A stretch of DNA of 64,000 nucleotides from a virus: positions 1-64,000 of the IMG/VR virus record IMGVR_UViG_3300037141_000279; one strand, given 5' to 3'. Position 1 is the stretch's first letter, and the number at the start of each line of letters is the position of its first letter. Position numbers and translations under genes: made by a program. Positions 56,986 through 64,000 of the stretch are shown here, piece after piece. The notes beneath the pieces were generated by a model. The model searched no databases and was not told where the DNA came from. It worked only from the letters and a program-made list of their open reading frames with translations.

Positions 56986-57263
56986 CAGTTCACCTTTGGC
57001 CGATAGTTGCTCGGCGCGATACCTGGATTCTTTTTCTTGGTCGGCTTCTCGTCGTCTTTCTCGTCGTCAATGGAAGTGAAGATGGTGCCGACGGTCTGCC
57101 GTTTCGATTGCGCGGCACCTGAGGATGCAGGACGCACACAGGGCCAGCAGGCAGATTGCCACTCCCCCTTCGCGTCTTTCTTGGCGTACCCTGCTTCTGC
57201 TTTTCCGCAGAAGCCACACTTGCCGCGGGCTTCAGGGAACGTGTAGTCTGTCGCCTTCACCAT
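56985..57263 (-). CDS. Small zinc-finger protein
   Basis: CGFC...CWPC. Confidence 0.6.
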   Translation of the reverse strand: MVKATDYTFPEARGKCGFCGKAEAGYAKKDAKGEWQSACWPCVRPASSGAAQSKRQTVGTIFTSIDDEKDDEKPTKKKNPGIAPSNYRPKVN

Positions 57264-57598
57264 AAAGTTGCCTCCTGTCGTCTCCAGTTCAGGTATCCGG
57301 CGATGATGTCGCCGTGACAGAATTCAGGACGACACCAACAACCGAGAATCTCATTATCGTCGATTGTGATGTCAGCCATGTGGCGCAATTTCCACTGCTC
57401 AGGATCATACCAGTACGCGGCGAATTTTGCAATCACTTCCGCGCGCGTGCCGTCTTTCCCGATGTGGAATGGGTTGTGAAATGGTGACGTCGGGATGCCG
57501 CCATACTCGCGCCCGATGTAAAGGGTGCACGTTAGTTTCGTGTTCAGGGTGATCTTCACCACTTTAACGGGCACTGGATGCTCGCCTTCTGCGGGCAA
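57257..57598 (-). CDS. DUF4326-like protein
   Basis: YIGR...SPFHNPF.IGKDGTRAEVIAKF...LGCWCRPEFCHGDII. Confidence 0.8.
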   Translation of the reverse strand: MPAEGEHPVPVKVVKITLNTKLTCTLYIGREYGGIPTSPFHNPFHIGKDGTRAEVIAKFAAYWYDPEQWKLRHMADITIDDNEILGCWCRPEFCHGDIIAGYLNWRRQEATLW

Positions 57599-58064
57599 GA
57601 ATAACCGCGCTCGCTCCGCTGCCGCCGTTCGCGAAAAACGTCCGCATGGCTGTTTTCAATTCTCGTTCTGTCAACCCATCGGCGAATTCGGTGAGTGCCG
57701 CTTTGATTTCATCGCCAGGATAAAGATTCAGCAGTTCGGCGACCGAGGTTGCCGACGGCAAAGTTCCCGTCAACTCATAAGTGAGCGAAGCCAACTCACC
57801 AACGACTGGGTTCTTCAAATCAAGCGGCGCGGGAATTTCACCAGCTTTGCCGAGCCGCGAATCCACCACTTTTAGGTATTCTGAGATAGGGTATCGAGGC
57901 GTCTCAGCCAGCGCGGTGCACCATTCATCGAAATCCCGCGCGACGGCGGCAGCCCCATACGCTTCAGCAAGGAGCCCCAAACGGCTTTTCAGTTCAGGAT
58001 ACACCCCTCGGGTGTTCTTCAGCACCCGCGCGGCGATCCTGGGTAGTTCTTTCATCAGGTTCAT
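57564..58064 (-). CDS. Hypothetical protein
   Basis: 166 aa, helical, downstream of the putative ori. Confidence 0.6.
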   Translation of the reverse strand: MNLMKELPRIAARVLKNTRGVYPELKSRLGLLAEAYGAAAVARDFDEWCTALAETPRYPISEYLKVVDSRLGKAGEIPAPLDLKNPVVGELASLTYELTGTLPSATSVAELLNLYPGDEIKAALTEFADGLTERELKTAMRTFFANGGSGASAVILARRRRASSAR

Positions 58065-58084
58065 TGTTTGATCCTCTCGCAGTC

Positions 58085-58285
58085 AAATACATTTGGACAT
58101 TTGGACAAAGACGGTAACCCCTTGATAATAAGAGAAATGAACGTGTCCAGAAGTCTATCCAGAAGTGTTTGGGACTTCTGGTTACGTGACCAAATGTCCA
58201 AATGTCCAGAAGTGGTTAAAAGACTTTTGGTCATAGATATATATAATAGAATCATATACATACAAACTTGTCCAAATGTATTGTA
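58085..58285. repeat. Putative replication origin: TGTCCA/TGGACA iterons plus AT-rich stretch
   Basis: ATTTGGACATTTGGACA, inverted TGTCCAAATGTCCAGAAG, TCCAGAAGT repeats, TAGATATATATAATAAG; directly downstream of the primase-helicase. Confidence 0.6.
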
Positions 58286-58295
58286 ACTTTCGCAG

Positions 58296-60200
58296 CTAGG
58301 AGACATCATCAACACCCTCATAGTGAAGTAAAGGCGAACGCTCCCCATCCATTTCTACCTTCTCTGCCCCAACTTCGTGCATCTCAGGGAGAGACCACAT
58401 CACGCAAGACACAGTTCGATCTTTGTTGTTCGGCGGTTTTGTGCTTGTGGCAGGAACAATAATTGATTGAATCTCCGATTTGATGGGGATTGCATCCGCC
58501 GCGCGATTCAACGTGCTCCGACTGATGCGTGCTAACGCCTCCGCGCGCGCATAAACCACCTTACTCTCTTTCGGGCCAGATTGAAGTTCCTTCTCCAGCC
58601 ACTCAATGGCTTTTTGTTGGGCGATGTTGGGTCGCCCCATCTGTTTTTGTTCAGGCTCAGGTTCTTCCGTGGCTTGGACAGGCACCAAACGCCCGCCCTC
58701 GAACTGAAGAGTGAATTTCTCGGCAGGAGCGTTGCGTGGAAGTATGGTTAAGACCCTCTGGGGGGCTGTGCCGTCGTCATCCTCGGAGAATTCGAGTACA
58801 CAGACCGTTTCACAGTTCCGACCCCATGCTTCGCTTCCTGACAGCTTATCCCGCTTGGCGGCGTAATCCTCTCCCCGCTTGGTTTTGGGTGCGCCGACAC
58901 TACACACCAAAGCGATGTGGAAGTGAGCGGCGGTCTCTTGTAGTTGGCGCATGAACGGCGACACGACAGACTTCTTGTTGGCATCATCAAGAAGCATGTC
59001 CAGCCCCTCGATGAAGATGACGTTTGGGGTTGGGTTCATCTTTTCAATTTCATTGATAATCCCCTGCACAGCGTCCGTCCCGAAAGCAAGCGGAAGCGGA
59101 GTCGTAGGGATATCTGTCGGAAGGAGGTTCAACCTTCGCATTGTGCGTGTAAACGCGTTCCTGCCTCGGTCGTAAGCCAGGACTTGAAACGTGTATTTAT
59201 GGGTACTGTGTTCGAGCACAGGATATCCTTGCTTTTGTTTATGCAGCATTTCAAAAATCCAGGTTGTCTTTCCTGTGCCGCTTGCCCCGCCGATCAGGCT
59301 GATGTCACCGAGTGGAAACCACCCATCCTCTTGTCCATTCGCAGGCGCAACCACATAATCACCATCAGGGTCAGGCAAAGCAGGAGTGTGAAATTCAATA
59401 GACTCAGAGACGAACACAGGTTTGCCCGTGCGTTCTGTGTCTATCGCCGCTTTGATGGTACGCTGGCGATAATCGGCACGATCCCGCCATTTATCCCGCT
59501 GCCCAAGAGCCGAGAACCCGAAAAACTTCTCCATCTTCGCAGGATCGTTTTGCGTGAGTCGTGCCAATTCACGCATCAGGGCGTAGTCGGCACTGGAATC
59601 ATCCCCCTCGAATGTGGACGTATCTCCCAACCACAGCAGCTTGAATTTTTTATCTTTATTTTTGGTGATCAGCATGTACGGGAGGGTCATATCGGCGATG
59701 GGGTTCACATCATGGCCGATGACTTTTTCCCCTGTCATTGTGAAATATCTGCCGCCCTCTCGACCGTGGTAGATTTCAATGCCGACGTGACCTTGAGATA
59801 GTTTGCGCCCGCCCTCGGGGAGAACGTCACACTCCACAAAAGCGTGCAGACCTCGCCCACTGGGAGAAGTTTCGGTGTACGGACTGCCGAGAAGGTTCAA
59901 AATCGATAAGGCGTATGGGTCGATGATGCCTTTGTTCGTGATGGCGCTGTCAAAATCAATTCCCACAAGGTTGGTGCCGCCGAGTTCAAATCCAACGCCG
60001 TTGTAATCCCCACCTTTTAGGACATCGGCAGCATCCATCGCCTGTTCAAAAGTAGTCCAGGTGTTGGGGTCGTCCGCCTTCGCCATGGCTCCTGTCTTTG
60101 CATTGAATGGGACCTTGGTTTCCTTGCCATCTCGAACAAGTGCTTTCCAGCACACCCAGTTCGGGCGTTGTTTGAGCACATCAGGAATATCATTCAGCAC
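58296..60200 (-). CDS. Primase-polymerase fused to a RecA-like (AAA_25) helicase
   Basis: NWVCWK..KVPF, GIDFD, YTETSPSGRGLH, IEIY..GRYFTMTG; Walker A GASGTGKT. Confidence 0.9.
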   Translation of the reverse strand: MLNDIPDVLKQRPNWVCWKALVRDGKETKVPFNAKTGAMAKADDPNTWTTFEQAMDAADVLKGGDYNGVGFELGGTNLVGIDFDSAITNKGIIDPYALSILNLLGSPYTETSPSGRGLHAFVECDVLPEGGRKLSQGHVGIEIYHGREGGRYFTMTGEKVIGHDVNPIADMTLPYMLITKNKDKKFKLLWLGDTSTFEGDDSSADYALMRELARLTQNDPAKMEKFFGFSALGQRDKWRDRADYRQRTIKAAIDTERTGKPVFVSESIEFHTPALPDPDGDYVVAPANGQEDGWFPLGDISLIGGASGTGKTTWIFEMLHKQKQGYPVLEHSTHKYTFQVLAYDRGRNAFTRTMRRLNLLPTDIPTTPLPLAFGTDAVQGIINEIEKMNPTPNVIFIEGLDMLLDDANKKSVVSPFMRQLQETAAHFHIALVCSVGAPKTKRGEDYAAKRDKLSGSEAWGRNCETVCVLEFSEDDDGTAPQRVLTILPRNAPAEKFTLQFEGGRLVPVQATEEPEPEQKQMGRPNIAQQKAIEWLEKELQSGPKESKVVYARAEALARISRSTLNRAADAIPIKSEIQSIIVPATSTKPPNNKDRTVSCVMWSLPEMHEVGAEKVEMDGERSPLLHYEGVDDVS

Positions 60201-60208
60201 GAGAGCCT

Positions 60209-60586
60209 CTATTCAAAAAGAATGGTGTTGATTCCTAAATCTGCGCACGCTCGCAAGAAACCTTTTTGTTCTGGTTCGACGATAGACGCTAGTGCGTAGG
60301 TCTCACTCTCGCTTAGTTGGCGCATCGTATGGGTGTTGGCGGGCATAGCGTTAATACTGAGTGCACCTTTACCCCCATTGCACTCTCTACAGGCTGTGAT
60401 GTAGTTGCTGAGAGAGTCAGGACCACCGTTCGCCTGCGAAACCATGTGGTCACACTCCAGCGACACCTCTGGCGGTTTTCTGCCGCAGTATTGACAGGTG
60501 AAATTATCCCGCTGAAGGGTCAGAAAGCGGTCTCGTGGTCTGATACACATAAATGATATTCTACTCCGATTCCTTGCCAAAGTCAA
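60209..60586 (-). CDS. HNH endonuclease
   Basis: RDNFTCQYCG...LECDHM...GG.D..SNYITACRECNGGK. Confidence 0.9.
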   Translation of the reverse strand: MTLARNRSRISFMCIRPRDRFLTLQRDNFTCQYCGRKPPEVSLECDHMVSQANGGPDSLSNYITACRECNGGKGALSINAMPANTHTMRQLSESETYALASIVEPEQKGFLRACADLGINTILFE

Positions 60587-61736
60587 ATTCGTCCAGTTGT
60601 TTTCTCTCTAACAGCATGTCCCGCAGTTCAGGCTTGTTCGCGCAGATGCCTCGCATGCTGCAATTTTCACATTTATTGTTGGGCCAGCGCACGCCTGATT
60701 GCATGGGCCAGAATTCCTTTTCATTCGCCGCCGCGATGTTGATCACGTCGCGCTTGATGGACCGCCCGATATCCTCGGCGCTGTCGGGAGTGATGACGGC
60801 GCTCTTGAATTGCACGCGCTGCTTGGTGAGTGTGTTCGCCAGCACATGTTTGCCGTGAAGTGAGATGTACTCCGTTTTTGCCGCCTCCACCGCTTTACTT
60901 TTGCCGACGAACAACGTGTTCATTTCCTCTTCGACCTTGGGGTCTGCTGTGACCCAGATGCCGAAATCATCTTTCGCCATGACAGTCACAGCAGTTCCAG
61001 GCAGAAGCCCTGCGTACGGCTCCAGCATTGTCGCGGCATCTCCCTTGGAAATCTCGCGACCCATTTTGCGGAACCACAGGAACGCGACGTTCGGGTAAGA
61101 CTTCACCCAGGAGTAGCTGCGAAGCTGCGGGTCCATCACAGTCAACTCGGGTACATCCTTGCCCGACGTTTTGATGTCGATAATGAGCGGTTGACCGCCA
61201 GGGACGACAGAACTTGAAGTTGGTTTCGTTTCAGCAATCAAGTCGATATACGACGTGAATTCAATCCCTGCCAACTTTGTGCCTGGGAAAACTTCAAAGT
61301 CGGTTTGGACTTGAAAATCCTGCGGGTTGTTCACGACGTACGGAAATGTCGGGTAGAGAATGGCGTATAGCTTGATCAGTTCCTGCCCTGTGCGGTTCAA
61401 GCTATCCCAGTCACGGTCGGTTTTGGAATATTGGTAGCGAATGATTTTCGGCTGACCCTCTGCGGGCTCCACATCCTTGTGCTCGGCCCACAGGCGGACG
61501 AATTCGGCGACAGCGCCCGCGACATCAAGACGGCGCTGGTGATAGAACGTGATGCCCTTCTCCAGCGCGATGCCGAAATGTGTGGACGACCGCTGCACTT
61601 TCTCGGCCCAACCCTGCACGCGCTCAAGGTAATATTTCCTCGCACAATAATTGAAAGAATCGGACCCGCTGTAGGAATGGCGGGTGACGAAAAATCCCTT
61701 ACTGTTGATGTAAAGATGTGGCTTCATTGTGCTCAT
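60561..61736 (-). CDS. PD-(D/E)XK exonuclease (RecB/Cas4-like)
   Basis: HSYSG..F..CARKYYL, IDLI, IIDIKT, QLRSY, C-terminal CENC....C. Confidence 0.85.
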   Translation of the reverse strand: MSTMKPHLYINSKGFFVTRHSYSGSDSFNYCARKYYLERVQGWAEKVQRSSTHFGIALEKGITFYHQRRLDVAGAVAEFVRLWAEHKDVEPAEGQPKIIRYQYSKTDRDWDSLNRTGQELIKLYAILYPTFPYVVNNPQDFQVQTDFEVFPGTKLAGIEFTSYIDLIAETKPTSSSVVPGGQPLIIDIKTSGKDVPELTVMDPQLRSYSWVKSYPNVAFLWFRKMGREISKGDAATMLEPYAGLLPGTAVTVMAKDDFGIWVTADPKVEEEMNTLFVGKSKAVEAAKTEYISLHGKHVLANTLTKQRVQFKSAVITPDSAEDIGRSIKRDVINIAAANEKEFWPMQSGVRWPNNKCENCSMRGICANKPELRDMLLERKQLDEFDFGKESE

Positions 61737-62317
61737 TTTACCCCTCGCTGAACCAAAGAATCAATGCCTCGTTGAATGAATGTGGAAAAGTCACACAATG
61801 CTTGATAGTATACCATCAAAACCTGCTGTATTTCATTTTGGTCCCAGGTAGGGTCCTCTTTTGCCGCCAACAGTAACTCCATCTTCCCTTGCACAAATTT
61901 GAGCCTCTCTTTCGCCATGCTCAAGCATCGGGTGTCGCCCACATTCAGCGGGGTCAGGGAGATTTCCAAAGATGGAGCTTCGGTATTTTCATACCCCTCT
62001 GGGTTGAACGGGGTGTCTGGATTGTCGGAACTTGATGGAGTTGGGGTGATAATCCCTACCGACTCTTTGTATCTATCTATCCAGTAATAAGCGGTTTTGG
62101 GAGGAATCCCCACTTTATGCCACATTGCATAAAGTCCAGGCTCTCCTCGACGGTTCCCTTGTTTCTTCAATGTTTGCTGCCAATCAAAATTCACGCGGCC
62201 AAAAGCCAGCCCATGTTTGTCCGTGGATTGATATGCCAGCCATGCCGCTTGGATTTGCTGTTCGGCGAGAGTTTGGTCAGTATCCTGCATGTTTGGAATT
62301 TCGGCAAGGTGTGTCAA
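61733..62317 (-). CDS. Hypothetical protein
   Basis: Probable start MQDTDQ; GIPPKTAYYWI HTH-like segment. Confidence 0.55.
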   Translation of the reverse strand: MTHLAEIPNMQDTDQTLAEQQIQAAWLAYQSTDKHGLAFGRVNFDWQQTLKKQGNRRGEPGLYAMWHKVGIPPKTAYYWIDRYKESVGIITPTPSSSDNPDTPFNPEGYENTEAPSLEISLTPLNVGDTRCLSMAKERLKFVQGKMELLLAAKEDPTWDQNEIQQVLMVYYQALCDFSTFIQRGIDSLVQRGVK

Positions 62318-63191
62318 AGTAAGGTAGCCCCCTCTCTAAGTCTTTCACGTAGGCGATCTTGCCTGATTCCTTTTTCATGACGGCAGACCCATCTGCCAAG
62401 GCAGCGTGAAGTTTTTGAGCGATACCGATTCGCTCCGTAGGGATTTTCGGCACCCAAACCCATCGGGTTCCGTGGCGGTGTTTCTCTTCCCGAAGGATTT
62501 TTTTGTCTTCGGGGACCTGATTCCAAAAATCAGGCTCGGAATGGTAGTTGTTGTATTGGTCTAAATTGCGAATGGGATACCGCCGCCCGTTCCACCAAAT
62601 CGCTTTTGTTTTCAGAACCTCTTTGACTTTATGAAACCCAGTGGCTCGATATATCAAACCTGTGTGTTTTCCGTCAGGATGGTCGGCACGTACTTCGTTC
62701 GGGTCGGCGTAGCTGAGGACCCGCTGGATTCCCTCTTGTCGGAGAAGTCGAAACATCACACTAAGCACTCGACTCTCGCTGTTTTTAGGGGCGGCGTCAA
62801 GAAGCACTAATCTCCGCAATTCAACAAGGCGCAGATTCCCATTACCGTTGTATTTACGTAGAGTTTGAGTCTGACCTGGAATTCCAAAAATCGCCGCCCC
62901 AAGCATTCGACCTGTCTGTTTATTAACCACCCGATAAGTATGCGTCGGAGTCATACCTTTGGCTGAGTGAGTGTAATGGTGCGCCACAACAAAAGCCGCA
63001 GCTTCTCGGGCAGAGCACGGCTCGACACAGAATTCTGGAAGTTTTTGTTGACTACCTCCGCTATGGTGTTTGTGAAAATGTTTTTTCCGTTGGTTGTTGG
63101 ACGGAAACACAAGACTGCAAACCTCACAAATATGGAGCGGAGGAGGCGGAATCGAACCGCCGTCCACGATAGGACTCGTGTGCTCTGCCAT
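62277..63191 (-). CDS. mom: Mom-family (GNAT-fold) DNA-modification protein with an N-terminal C2H2 zinc finger
   Basis: FVVAHHY, GAAIFG.P, ELRRLVL...PKNSES..LS, VLSYADP...HTGLIYRATGF; CEVC-X12-HFHKHH. Confidence 0.8.
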   Translation of the reverse strand: MAEHTSPIVDGGSIPPPPLHICEVCSLVFPSNNQRKKHFHKHHSGGSQQKLPEFCVEPCSAREAAAFVVAHHYTHSAKGMTPTHTYRVVNKQTGRMLGAAIFGIPGQTQTLRKYNGNGNLRLVELRRLVLLDAAPKNSESRVLSVMFRLLRQEGIQRVLSYADPNEVRADHPDGKHTGLIYRATGFHKVKEVLKTKAIWWNGRRYPIRNLDQYNNYHSEPDFWNQVPEDKKILREEKHRHGTRWVWVPKIPTERIGIAQKLHAALADGSAVMKKESGKIAYVKDLERGLPYFDTPCRNSKHAGY

Positions 63192-63205
63192 TAAACTACC
63201 TCCGC
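63133..63205 (-). tRNA. tRNA-like element (aberrant 6-nt anticodon loop GTCCTA) overlapping the SD and start codon of the mom-like gene
   Basis: GCGGAGG/CCTCCGC-T-CCA acceptor, D-arm GTTT-AATGGCA-GAGC, stem CACGA/TCGTG, T-arm GGCGG-TTCGATT-CCGCC. Confidence 0.75.
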
Positions 63206-63212
63206 ACTACCT

Positions 63213-63241
63213 ACTTTATCAAACCGATGCAGGGATGTCAA
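63213..63241 (-). promoter_or_regulatory. Sigma70 promoter initiating at the 5' end of the tRNA-like element
   Basis: TTGACA-17-TAAAGT-7nt-G(63205). Confidence 0.75.
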
Positions 63242-63881
63242 CTGAAATCGACATCCCTTCCCGAAAATCTTCAACGAAGCGTTCGGGGACTCGGGCAAAA
63301 ATGGAATCAAGGTCCTGAACCTTCCCGAGTTTGAATTTTAACTCGTCGAGCAAGAAATCCAGAACGAATTCCCGAGCCTGCATGCTGACTTTGTCAGAAT
63401 TATCATGGTAAACCGTGCTTACCACCTGGGTTGCGTCGAGGAGTTGGTTCCCCATCCCGTGGTTATCCGCTACGACGGAGAAGGATCGTCCTTGGGTGGC
63501 GTCGGTGCTCACGGTCAAGGTCTCGCCGACCTCATAGTCCACGTGGTGTGCGTCGAGCAGGTTTTTGGTATCATCGAATGATTTGGGTGGGGTGGAGACA
63601 TGGAACTTTGCTTCATGTGACGCCAGCCATCCCGCGATGCGGTATGCGATAGGGCTTTGGCGAATCACATTAACGCTGGATTGATACTTCTCTTCTCGGG
63701 TGAGTTTCGGGGCGGGAGCAGGGGATAGCGCCAGTAGGTTCCACGCACCCTCAAAGCCGTCTTTGAGTAAGCGTAATCGAACCCAAAAAGGTTCCGCAGG
63801 AAGGGTGTCTATAACTTGAGCCTTGCCTTCTCCTCTTACTTTAACCCAGGCTCCAACTTTCAAATCATCTTTGCTCATCAT
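63219..63881 (-). CDS. Hypothetical protein (N-terminal SH3/KOW-like segment)
   Basis: 220 aa, AAGGAG SD. Confidence 0.65.
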   Translation of the reverse strand: MMSKDDLKVGAWVKVRGEGKAQVIDTLPAEPFWVRLRLLKDGFEGAWNLLALSPAPAPKLTREEKYQSSVNVIRQSPIAYRIAGWLASHEAKFHVSTPPKSFDDTKNLLDAHHVDYEVGETLTVSTDATQGRSFSVVADNHGMGNQLLDATQVVSTVYHDNSDKVSMQAREFVLDFLLDELKFKLGKVQDLDSIFARVPERFVEDFREGMSISVDIPASV

Positions 63882-63905
63882 GTCAGTCTCCTTGACTACA
63901 CCCCA

Positions 63906-63948
63906 ATGCTACCAGATAGGCTTCGGACCGTCAATAGTACTTTCGTAC
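63906..63948 (-). promoter_or_regulatory. GTAC-N4-GTAC box plus sigma70 promoter
   Basis: GTACGAAAGTAC-TA-TTGACG-17-TAGCAT. Confidence 0.78.
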
Positions 63949-64000
63949 TGGTCCATCCACTCTTGGAAAATGGCGGAACTGGTGATAGGGTGAAATTGAG

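Noticed and set aside
60561-61736. Cas4-like nuclease as part of a CRISPR system
   Set aside because: It is stand-alone in the replication block, the usual phage PD-(D/E)XK exonuclease context.
1-64000. Alternative genetic code (stop-codon reassignment)
   Set aside because: Long genes are intact under code 11 and all three stop codons terminate genes.

Overview
This 64-kb window is part of a large tailed dsDNA bacteriophage (or prophage) genome. Major capsid, portal and large terminase genes were not recognised here. From left to right it holds: (i) a leftward operon ending in groEL, a small ORF, groES and a terminase-small-subunit-like gene; (ii) a non-coding control region at ~8.5-9.4 kb with six palindromic GTGACA-N5-TGTCAC boxes flanked by two divergent sigma54-like motifs; (iii) an accessory block of small genes (secreted JAB and transglycosylase proteins, a minimal tyrosine recombinase, KTSC, a response-regulator receiver); (iv) a circularly permuted two-piece tmRNA gene (tag AKNKLAQVVMFAKRAVVVPARQYAMAA*); (v) a tandem sigma-region-4-like HTH/NusG fusion protein; (vi) a podovirus-like virion module (ejection proteins, GNAT, tail, fibre, adaptor, a DUF3494 ice-binding-domain protein) and a GH108 endolysin; (vii) two transposase-less IS1595/ISNwi-like insertion cassettes flanking an operon of secreted Ig/FN3 proteins; (viii) a replication block (class II RNR, primase-helicase, putative ori, PD-(D/E)XK nuclease) and a Mom-like DNA-modification gene whose ribosome-binding site and start codon lie inside a tRNA-like fold. 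About 17 free-standing HNH/EndoVII/GIY-YIG nuclease genes are interspersed. Two genome-wide regulatory motifs recur: GTAC-N4-GTAC at sigma70 promoters (9 copies) and GACT-N8-CATRRRT, a putative phage late promoter (11 copies). An Acidobacteria-like Gram-negative host is only an inference from the style of the cargo genes. All calls were made by eye from motifs; no database searches were run.
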